A DNA stretch of 38,054 nucleotides from Candidatus Omnitrophota bacterium. Lineage in GTDB: Bacteria > Omnitrophota > Gorgyraeia > Zapsychrales > Fredricksoniimonadaceae. The notes beneath the pieces are model-generated. The model was not told the origin of the DNA. It ran no database searches and saw only the letters and a program-made list of their open reading frames with translations. The translations under genes were made by a program, and so were the position numbers. Location of the stretch: the NCBI GenBank assembly GCA_015234065.1, contig JADFWS010000003.1, positions 1 through 38,054 on the forward strand, in the 5' to 3' direction. Shown piece after piece: positions 18,847 through 26,225 of the stretch (positions are counted from its first letter, which is position 1; every line of letters starts with the position of its first letter).

Positions 18847-19671
18847 TTACTTTGCCCCTGTTGTAAGCCCCTGGATCAAATGGCAATTAGAACAGACACC
18901 CCGATAGTTATGCGGCATCTGCGCCGTGATCGGAATAGCGATATCAGGATTAACAACATGACAGCGCTCACATACACCCCGATACTCATGCGGCATGACC
19001 GCATCACGAAATATCATCGGCGCGCCATTGGCTTGCCCTGCCATCGGCTGCGTAAAAGCCACGTTTTGAATGCCCGCTCCCTGCGCCTGACTGTTCATGG
19101 TAATATTCGCACCGCAACGAGGGCAGCGTGAAAATCCGTTTGCACCGGCATTTTGATCAATATAGGAATGATTACAGCGCGGACAGCGAATCCCACTATA
19201 AACCGGCCGCTGAAACGCGACCTGTTGTACGCCAACCGCACAACCGGGCCTGAACGCTACTTGTTGAGCCCCATTAATACCTTGAGGAAAGCATTGGGCA
19301 ACGCTTGGACATGTCGCGCAATTCGGATTTGTTAAAGCCACCTGCTGGGCTGATCCTGCGGCCCCTGGGAAACAATTCGTTACCGTCGGGCACGTAGCGC
19401 AGCCTGGTGGCACATAAGCTGCCTGCAAAGCTCCGCCCAGAACAACAGTTTCCTGCCCGGGCTGAAATGCCACCTGCTGGGCCCCCTGAACCATAACGCC
19501 ATGAACTTGATCCGGCATCGGAATCGGCTTCTTTGCACTACTAAAAACTGCAACGCAAAAGAACGTGGCCAGCCCAAGAATGATAGTTCCAATGATCCAT
19601 AAACTCTTGGAGCTCAAGTTCACACACGACCCGTATTCCCACGCCTCATTTTTCTTTTTTTCACTGCTCAT
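18847..19671 (-). CDS. Two-magnetochrome (MamT-like) protein with Cys-rich repeats
   Basis: TM; two CATCP-x-V-x2-CFP repeats; CPRC...CPRC; MPHEYRGVCERCH and MPHNYRGVCSNCH. Confidence 0.8.
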   Translation of the reverse strand: MSSEKKKNEAWEYGSCVNLSSKSLWIIGTIILGLATFFCVAVFSSAKKPIPMPDQVHGVMVQGAQQVAFQPGQETVVLGGALQAAYVPPGCATCPTVTNCFPGAAGSAQQVALTNPNCATCPSVAQCFPQGINGAQQVAFRPGCAVGVQQVAFQRPVYSGIRCPRCNHSYIDQNAGANGFSRCPRCGANITMNSQAQGAGIQNVAFTQPMAGQANGAPMIFRDAVMPHEYRGVCERCHVVNPDIAIPITAQMPHNYRGVCSNCHLIQGLTTGAK

Positions 19672-19683
19672 AATAATGCCCTT

Positions 19684-20112
19684 TCATGGCCTTGTTCCTA
19701 CAACAATATAAACCGAAACCGGCTGCCCCTGTCGGTCGACTGTGAGCGCAACCTTCTGATTTTCCTGCGCCGCCTGAATCAAGCCCTGCAACTCATCCGA
19801 ACTTGTAATACTGACCCCGTTCCAACGTCGGATCACATCTCCGACCTGAATACCCGCCACCTGCGCCGGAGAGTCAATGAACGTTCGCGCCACAAGAACA
19901 CCGCTCGAAGACGGAACGCTGAATTGCCGCTGAACATCCGAGGTCAGATCAATCGTCTCGGCCCCGATCCACACCTTTGTTTTCATAGCGTTAAAGTACA
20001 TGGGGATCAATTTCAAATAAATGATAAAGACCGCGGACATAAACAACAGGACCAGAACAACAATCCCCCGCCCTTTATATGCTGAACTCGCGCGTTGCAC
20101 AGGTTTAAACAT
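19684..20112 (-). CDS. Membrane-anchored PDZ protein
   Basis: TM, then VWIGAE...SGVLV...DSPAQVAGIQVGDVIRRWNG. Confidence 0.8.
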   Translation of the reverse strand: MFKPVQRASSAYKGRGIVVLVLLFMSAVFIIYLKLIPMYFNAMKTKVWIGAETIDLTSDVQRQFSVPSSSGVLVARTFIDSPAQVAGIQVGDVIRRWNGVSITSSDELQGLIQAAQENQKVALTVDRQGQPVSVYIVVGTRP

Positions 20113-20968
20113 CTTTAGGCCTATCTTTAAAAGCTTCCTTTATCGGATCTCCCGGCCCTATCTGAACACGAACATTCTCACACTTCAAACACTTGAAACA
20201 TCGGACACAGGTTGCTGCGCCGGTGTTATCACTGATATTGATATCCACCGGGCAAACGTCCCGGCACTTTTGGCAGTCTTTACAACCATGCGTATCCACC
20301 TTCAACTGAAGGATACTGTACTTGTTAAAAAATCCGAATATTGCACCGAGCGGGCAGGCTAATGTACAAAACGGCCTTTTTGCCACCATAAAAAGTCCGA
20401 TGAACGCAAACGCGATCAAAATTTTAATAATAAACAGTAGTCCCAACGTCTGCGTTGATACCGCAGGCTCTCCGTACACCGGAATAATCGGATTCCATGT
20501 CACCCACGGGATCGCGGCCTGAAATGTCCCCATGGGACACACTTTAGAAAACCATGTTTCCTGGGTGATCAGCGGGAATAAAACAACCAAAAAGAACAAT
20601 ATGAAATATCTCAAATTTGACAACTTTTCAGGAATCCGGATCTTAATGCTTTTGACCTTATACAACAGGTCCTGAAGAAGCCCGAACGGACACACCCACC
20701 CGCAAGCAAGGCTGCCCACCAGAATACCGATCGTCGCAAGATACGCTGTCACCATGTACGGAAACTTCCGGATGGTCATAAAATGCTGGACCGTACCGAT
20801 TGGGCATGAAAAGAATGCCGACGGACAACTGTGGCAATTCAAAACCGGCACGCAAATACTTTTAAGGTCGCCCTGATACACCTGCTTTGTCTTAAAGAAT
20901 CCCACATACGCGTTCATCAAAAGCGCCGAACACCACTGAACCGTAAGTCGTATGCCTTGAAGATCCAT
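20105..20968 (-). CDS. NapH/MauN-type membrane 4Fe-4S binding protein
   Basis: NCHSCP..CPIG, CGWVCPFG, CPMG, RPFCTLACPLG, CKDCQKCRDVCP, CVRCFKC. Confidence 0.85.
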   Translation of the reverse strand: MDLQGIRLTVQWCSALLMNAYVGFFKTKQVYQGDLKSICVPVLNCHSCPSAFFSCPIGTVQHFMTIRKFPYMVTAYLATIGILVGSLACGWVCPFGLLQDLLYKVKSIKIRIPEKLSNLRYFILFFLVVLFPLITQETWFSKVCPMGTFQAAIPWVTWNPIIPVYGEPAVSTQTLGLLFIIKILIAFAFIGLFMVAKRPFCTLACPLGAIFGFFNKYSILQLKVDTHGCKDCQKCRDVCPVDINISDNTGAATCVRCFKCLKCENVRVQIGPGDPIKEAFKDRPKDV

Positions 20969-20971
20969 TCC

Positions 20972-21106
20972 CTACTCCAGTCCTATACACGCCATGCACA
21001 TGGTGGCGCCATTATTCTGTATTTCCAACGGCTCATTATTCGTATCGCCGATCAGAAAGAAAACAAACGTCAAAAAGAAGACACCTGTAACTGCTATTTT
21101 TTTCAT
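20972..21106 (-). CDS. CD1871A-type CxxC peptide (44 aa, absent from the ORF track)
   Basis: Manual translation MKKIAVTGVFFLTFVFFLIGDTNNEPLEIQNNGATMCMACIGLE ends in CxxCIG, typical of peptides encoded beside this 4Fe-4S family. Confidence 0.7.
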   Translation of the reverse strand: MKKIAVTGVFFLTFVFFLIGDTNNEPLEIQNNGATMCMACIGLE

Positions 21107-21125
21107 TATGTACTCCGGACACTCT

Positions 21126-21482
21126 TTACTGCGTTTCTATCCAGGTCATTGGCCTCCCACAATGCGGGCACAACGGAAATCCACCTTTGCCGCACGCAGG
21201 ACAAACAAAAATTCCTCTGTATCCGTTCCAAAACATCGCGACTTTACATGTCGGGCATAACGGGATCCCCTTGGTGCCGCATATAGGACACACGCTATAG
21301 ACATTATGCGCAATAACTTTCATGACCACATTGCCTGCAATAAGTGAACGCACCTGAAGGGTTTTATATTTCCCGACAGAATACGCACCGTACCCGGCCA
21401 CGAACACCATGAAGATCACGCCCATAATCAACAGCCTGATCCGGTCCTGTTCGTGAATGTTCGTTTGGTCGTTAATACTCAC
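21126..21482 (-). CDS. Membrane-anchored protein with four CPxC motifs (double zinc/rubredoxin-like ribbon)
   Basis: CPIC, CPTC, CPAC and CPHC in two internally repeated units after a TM. Confidence 0.75.
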   Translation of the reverse strand: MSINDQTNIHEQDRIRLLIMGVIFMVFVAGYGAYSVGKYKTLQVRSLIAGNVVMKVIAHNVYSVCPICGTKGIPLCPTCKVAMFWNGYRGIFVCPACGKGGFPLCPHCGRPMTWIETQ

Positions 21483-22183
21483 AGCACCTTTACCTTTGGT
21501 TTCACGCCGCCCGCCGGAGCCGGCGCTGTCACCGCCGTTACTTCATGCATGGCCCCGCCGCATTTGGGGCATTTGTCCGGGATCACCTTGCCGGCGCTCT
21601 TTTCCGAAATGCGATACTGGCAATCGAAACAAATATAATATTTGCCCTGAACGACCCGTCCGAGGTTGGCCTGCGTATCAAAAGAATTGCAGGCCACGGC
21701 CTTTTTGCTTCCCGTAATACCAAAATGCGCCGGAACATTCTCCGCGGTCAGTTTGGTCAGCGCATCCGGATAATCCTGAAGCGCCTGCCAGGCCGTCCCG
21801 TGAATGTCCGTATACACATCAATACGTGCCTGATCAAAAATACGGAAAGGCTCAAAGCCGACATTGTTCCCCAAGACCACATCCACGCCAAGATCAACCA
21901 ACATTTGCGCCGAGCGCAATCCCGCGGCATGCTGAGCATCCATATATTTATTTGGAACAGCTTTCCATGTTCTTCTGGCACGGTCGCAAATGATATAGTA
22001 CGGCGCGCGCCCAAAAAGATAGGAAACAGGGCTCGTAATATCTTGCCCAGTCGCGGCAATAGCCACCAGAACAGCCTTTCTTCCGCTTAAAACAAGCGGA
22101 TTATCCATTTCATACCATGCACGGCCGGCTACAAGGCCAAGTGCGCACAAAAGAACCAGTAGAAAGGCTGATCTCTTCTTCAT
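21479..22183 (-). CDS. Signal/TM-bearing NifB/NifX-family protein with a C-terminal CxxC ribbon
   Basis: VAIAATGQDITSPVSYLFGRAPYYII...GVDVVLGNNVG; CFDC...CPKC. Confidence 0.85.
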   Translation of the reverse strand: MKKRSAFLLVLLCALGLVAGRAWYEMDNPLVLSGRKAVLVAIAATGQDITSPVSYLFGRAPYYIICDRARRTWKAVPNKYMDAQHAAGLRSAQMLVDLGVDVVLGNNVGFEPFRIFDQARIDVYTDIHGTAWQALQDYPDALTKLTAENVPAHFGITGSKKAVACNSFDTQANLGRVVQGKYYICFDCQYRISEKSAGKVIPDKCPKCGGAMHEVTAVTAPAPAGGVKPKVKVL

Positions 22184-22641
22184 TTCCTGGGACGCCTCTG
22201 TTTCACGTCACCAGAGTCAATAACTTCTGTATTCCCGTGCTCAAAATGTATCTTTTTGTAATACTCACAAGAAAGGCAGGATGTCTTGCAGAATATCTTC
22301 TGATGCGCCACATGCTCGCGCAGGGCATAACACTTTTTGGTGTCCGAGAGAAAAACCACGCACAGCTTGCAATTATGAACGCCATTCATCTTCGGCGTCT
22401 GATGATACTCCCAGCACCTGAGAAAATCCGATTGCGATATGAGTTTTTCCGATTTAAACGCATCGATCCCGATCTTGTAGGTCTTGATAAATGCGATAAG
22501 GTCCGCCCGATGGATCCGGCGATGCCCTCCAGGCGTTTTTGTGCTTTTAAGGATCCCCTGCTTGGCCCAATTAATGACTGAAAATCTTGTGACACTACAA
22601 AGTTTGGCCGCATCCACGGTCGAATAATATTCCTTCATCAT
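22180..22641 (-). CDS. Excisionase-type HTH regulator with a Cys-rich C-terminal domain
   Basis: YYSTVDAAKLCSVTRFSVINWAKQG...TPGGHRRI; CWEYH..CKLC..CY..CKTSCLSCEYY. GGAGG RBS before ATG 22641. Confidence 0.8.
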   Translation of the reverse strand: MMKEYYSTVDAAKLCSVTRFSVINWAKQGILKSTKTPGGHRRIHRADLIAFIKTYKIGIDAFKSEKLISQSDFLRCWEYHQTPKMNGVHNCKLCVVFLSDTKKCYALREHVAHQKIFCKTSCLSCEYYKKIHFEHGNTEVIDSGDVKQRRPRK

Positions 22642-22659
22642 GCACCCTCCCAAGGCAAC

Positions 22660-22687
22660 TCAACATATTATACTAATTCAACATATT
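22660..22687. promoter_or_regulatory. Direct repeat TCAACATATT x2, candidate operator
   Basis: Identical 10-mers at 22660-22669 and 22678-22687, just upstream of the HTH gene. Confidence 0.35.
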
Positions 22688-22795
22688 CTACATTGTAGGC
22701 CAAAAAAAATCAGTCCCCGTCGGAACTTTAATTCTTGAAGCCACGCGATCCGTGGTCATCAATTGTTTTGGATTCTAACAAAATGCACAGCAAAG

Positions 22796-23170
22796 TCAAA
22801 TATTTTTATTTGCCTGCCGCTCACATATTCCATCAACATGCGTTGCGACCATCTCAACACATCCGACGCAAGGCAGTTTCTTCAACGCGCGGATCTCCCG
22901 GCATTGGATGGATCCGGCACGGGCCAACAGCGCCGCCGCGCAATCCTTCGCCGCCTGCGAATGATTCTTTTCCAATATCACCTGGGCCGCATACAAAGAA
23001 CCGCATACGCCACCTGGAGCCCGCCCGCCTCCACACGCAACAAAGCGCGACAGGTCTTCCGCAGACAATTTGAATTTATCCTGGAAAGCATACGCGATCG
23101 CCTCTGCGCAGTTAGACTTTTTAAACCCTGAAGTTCCTGAATAGTGTGCTTTTGCTTTTTCAACTGACAT
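22796..23170 (-). CDS. C-GCAxxG-C-C family putative redox protein
   Basis: NCAEAI, GGGRAPGGVCGSL, IQCREIR, PCVGCV. Confidence 0.8.
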   Translation of the reverse strand: MSVEKAKAHYSGTSGFKKSNCAEAIAYAFQDKFKLSAEDLSRFVACGGGRAPGGVCGSLYAAQVILEKNHSQAAKDCAAALLARAGSIQCREIRALKKLPCVGCVEMVATHVDGICERQANKNI

Positions 23171-23308
23171 TTAAAACCTCCGCTATATTGATATTCCTTT
23201 TCCTGAAAATCTCAGGCAGTTGATCCACAGCGCTTTGCCGCGAATCAGTACCGCCGCATCTTCCTGATGCATTTGGCGATTGTATCCATCTACGACCAAA
23301 GAAATAAC

Positions 23309-23734
23309 CTAAAATTGTTTTAGCCAACCTTCGATCTTTTGCCTGATCTCCTCACGAACAGCCCTGGTCTTGGCAAGCTTCTCTTCAAAAGCCCCCTCGA
23401 ACTTCGACGGGTCTGTGAAGCCCCAATGAAGCCTCTTGGCCACGCCCGGAAATACCGGACAGCGCTCAGCACTTGTTTCATCGCACACCGTGACTACATA
23501 GTTATACAACTTGCGCTGTTTCAAAAGATCAAAAACCGCCTGCGTTTTCTTCCCGGTAATATCAACCCCGATCTCCTTCAAGGCCTCAATAACAACTGGA
23601 TTCAACTTGCCCGGCTCGATCCCGGCACTTTCTACCTCAAACCTATCCCCGCCCAGCTTGCGCAAAATCTCTTCTGCCATCTGGCTTCTTGCTGAATTGT
23701 GAATACACACAAACAACACCTTTACCTTGCCCAT
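23309..23734 (-). CDS. arsC: Arsenate reductase (LMW-PTP fold)
   Basis: VLFVCIHNSARSQMAE, VTVCD, CPVFPG, HWGFTDP. Confidence 0.9.
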   Translation of the reverse strand: MGKVKVLFVCIHNSARSQMAEEILRKLGGDRFEVESAGIEPGKLNPVVIEALKEIGVDITGKKTQAVFDLLKQRKLYNYVVTVCDETSAERCPVFPGVAKRLHWGFTDPSKFEGAFEEKLAKTRAVREEIRQKIEGWLKQF

Positions 23735-23743
23735 CACAACCCC

Positions 23744-24712
23744 CTAGCTAGTTAGAACAATTTGAAGAAAATTAAACGCATATCCAATAGCGATAATTCC
23801 CGCCGTTACGACCCCGAAATAAATAAGGATCAAATGGAGATTCATTGCCCGTCTCAGCATGATAGCCTCGGGCAAACTTAACCCGGTGACCGCCATCATA
23901 AAAGCCAAGGCAGTCCCCAGCGGTATCCCTTTTTGAAATAAAACCAATGCAACGGGCACGATTGCGGCACAACTACCATACATCGGAACACCTAAAAGAG
24001 TCGCTATTGGCACCGAAAAGATCCCCGTGCCGGAAATCAGCGCATGGATCTGTTCTTGAGGGAGATAATTGTGTATGAAAGACCCTAAAGCAACGCCCAC
24101 CAAAATCCATAACCAGATCTTCTGAACGATCGAGGACGCCTCATTCAGACCAAAAACAATTCTATCTTTGAAGGACGAGATCTGTGGTTCATTGGAGGAA
24201 AGCTCTTCGTTTCCACTGGCAACCATATCAACAACAAGATGCCGCTCCAGCTTCATCCTCCCAATAACAAGCCCTGACACAATGGCTAACAGCAATCCGC
24301 TCAATACATACAGAACAGTTATTTTCCAGCCGAACAGCCCTATCATGATGATAACCAGGTATTCGTTGATCAGAGGAGATGCCACTAGAAAAGTAAGCGC
24401 CGCGCTCAACGATATGCCCGCCTTAAGAAAACTTAAAAACATCGGGATCGATGAACAGGAACAGAACGGCGTGATAGCACCGAACAAAGCCGCGTAGACA
24501 TTTCCCATCAGCCCGTTATTAGCCATCCACTTCTTGACCGACCGCTGCGGAATAAATGTCCTTAATACTCCGATAACCAGGATCATCACATAGAGCAAGA
24601 ATAATATCTTTATTGAATCGTAAATAAAGAAATCCAATGCTGCTGCCAGCGTCGATGATCTTGGCAGATCCAAGACTTGATAAACAAACCAATCAGAGAA
24701 ATTTAACAGCAC
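23744..24712 (-). CDS. DUF318 / ArsP-type permease
   Basis: [34 protein letters not shown] start with GGAGG RBS. Confidence 0.85.
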   Translation of the reverse strand: MLLNFSDWFVYQVLDLPRSSTLAAALDFFIYDSIKILFLLYVMILVIGVLRTFIPQRSVKKWMANNGLMGNVYAALFGAITPFCSCSSIPMFLSFLKAGISLSAALTFLVASPLINEYLVIIMIGLFGWKITVLYVLSGLLLAIVSGLVIGRMKLERHLVVDMVASGNEELSSNEPQISSFKDRIVFGLNEASSIVQKIWLWILVGVALGSFIHNYLPQEQIHALISGTGIFSVPIATLLGVPMYGSCAAIVPVALVLFQKGIPLGTALAFMMAVTGLSLPEAIMLRRAMNLHLILIYFGVVTAGIIAIGYAFNFLQIVLTS

Positions 24713-25761
24713 TTGCCCTCCTTCTTAATGTCGACCAACCAAACGCTGCTTTTCAAATACAACGCCACATTGACCAACCCGATCATGACCGGCACCTCGA
24801 CCAAAGGCCCGATGACCGCGGCGAAAGCCACGCCAGAATTGATACCAAAGACAGCAATCGCAACGGCAATAGCCAACTCAAAATTGTTGCTTGCCGCCGT
24901 GAACGAAAGCGTCACGGTCTTGCCATGATCAGCCCCCGCCTTCCCGCTCATGAAGAAGGAGAGAAAAAACATGACCACAAAATAAATCAGGAGCGGAATC
25001 GCGATCCGAAGAACATCCCACGGGATCTTTACGATGTACTCCCCCTTAAGCGAGAACATCACAAAGATCGTGAACAGAAGGGCGATCAGCGTCATGGGGC
25101 TGATGCGAGGAATGAACACCTTCTCATACCATTCCTTGCCCCTCAGCCGAAGCAGGGCAAACCTGGAGATCATTCCAGCCAAGAACGGAATACCCAGATA
25201 AATGAATACACTTTTGGCGATCTGCATGATCGTGACATTAACAATCACGCCTTTAAGACCAAACCAGCCAGGAAGGATCGTAATAAAGACCCACGCGTAC
25301 ACCGAGAAGAACAGCACCTGAAAAATGGCGTTAAACGCCACCAACCCGGCGCAATACTCGGTATCCCCATCAGCCAGGTCGTTCCAGACAATGACCATGG
25401 CAATGCACCGCGCCAAGCCGATCATGATAAGACCGACCATGTATTCCGGATAGCCTCGCAAAAAGACGATCGCCAGGGCAAACATCAATATTGGGCCAAT
25501 AATCCAGTTCTGAACCAGCGACAGCGCCAGGATCTTGTAATCCTTAAACACATCCCCCAATTCCTCATACTTCACCTTCGCCAAAGGTGGATACATCATG
25601 AGGATCAATCCAATAGCGATCGGTACATTGGTTGTCCCTGATTGAAACTGATTCCAGAATCCCATAACTCCCGGAATAAAGTACCCGACGCCAACGCCAA
25701 GCGCCATCGCCAGGAATATCCATGCCGTCAAATACTGATCCAGGAATGCCAGCTTCTTCAT
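24703..25761 (-). CDS. acr3: Arsenite efflux transporter Acr3
   Basis: [39 protein letters not shown]. Confidence 0.95.
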   Translation of the reverse strand: MKKLAFLDQYLTAWIFLAMALGVGVGYFIPGVMGFWNQFQSGTTNVPIAIGLILMMYPPLAKVKYEELGDVFKDYKILALSLVQNWIIGPILMFALAIVFLRGYPEYMVGLIMIGLARCIAMVIVWNDLADGDTEYCAGLVAFNAIFQVLFFSVYAWVFITILPGWFGLKGVIVNVTIMQIAKSVFIYLGIPFLAGMISRFALLRLRGKEWYEKVFIPRISPMTLIALLFTIFVMFSLKGEYIVKIPWDVLRIAIPLLIYFVVMFFLSFFMSGKAGADHGKTVTLSFTAASNNFELAIAVAIAVFGINSGVAFAAVIGPLVEVPVMIGLVNVALYLKSSVWLVDIKKEGKCC

Positions 25762-26066
25762 CCCTTCTCCTCGGGCGTCTTAATACTGCAACATCCACCT
25801 TCAATCTTGATAGCCTTGATGTTAACCAGCCCGTCAGCCACTTTCTTATGGGCAGAAGATAATATCCTGGTAAATGTCGGGCGCGACACCTTCATCAGTT
25901 TCCCCGCCTGCGCGTGGGTCAAATCTTCAAGATCCGCCAACCGAATGGCCTCGAACTCATCAATGGTCACGGCCACGCCCTCCAGCACGCCCGGTTTCTT
26001 ACACTTGGGACGAAAGCATCTCTCCCCCGGCAGGCACTTGATCCATCTGGTCTTTTTTGGTCTCAT
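25758..26066 (-). CDS. DUF134 domain HTH protein
   Basis: [41 protein letters not shown]...IKIEGG. Confidence 0.9.
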   Translation of the reverse strand: MRPKKTRWIKCLPGERCFRPKCKKPGVLEGVAVTIDEFEAIRLADLEDLTHAQAGKLMKVSRPTFTRILSSAHKKVADGLVNIKAIKIEGGCCSIKTPEEKG

Positions 26067-26077
26067 CTTAAACCTCG

Positions 26078-26099
26078 ATTATGAACTATGGTTCATAAT
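26078..26099. promoter_or_regulatory. Palindromic operator upstream of DUF134
   Basis: ATTATGAAC-tatg-GTTCATAAT, a perfect 9-bp inverted repeat 11 nt upstream of the ATG. Confidence 0.6.
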
Positions 26100-26225
26100 A
26101 ACAGCGGTCGCAATTTTGTCAACTGCTTTCGTAAACCCTAAATCGTACATGCTAATTGTTTGGTAATTCGAAAGATGCAATTCTCTCTGACTGCTACAAG
26201 ATTCAGAATTGTATTGGGATGCTGC

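Noticed and set aside
21479-22183. NifB/NifX domains as evidence of nitrogen fixation
   Set aside because: No nifHDK, nifEN or radical-SAM NifB; the domain family is widespread outside diazotrophs.
23171-23308. Possible short ORF between arsC and the C-GCAxxG-C-C gene
   Set aside because: Under 30 aa, no motif and no clear RBS.
24637-25641. 334-aa plus-strand ORF, and similar long antisense ORFs at 4025-4738, 26160-26972 and 32179-32895
   Set aside because: They lie almost entirely antisense to well-supported genes and have no recognisable motifs.
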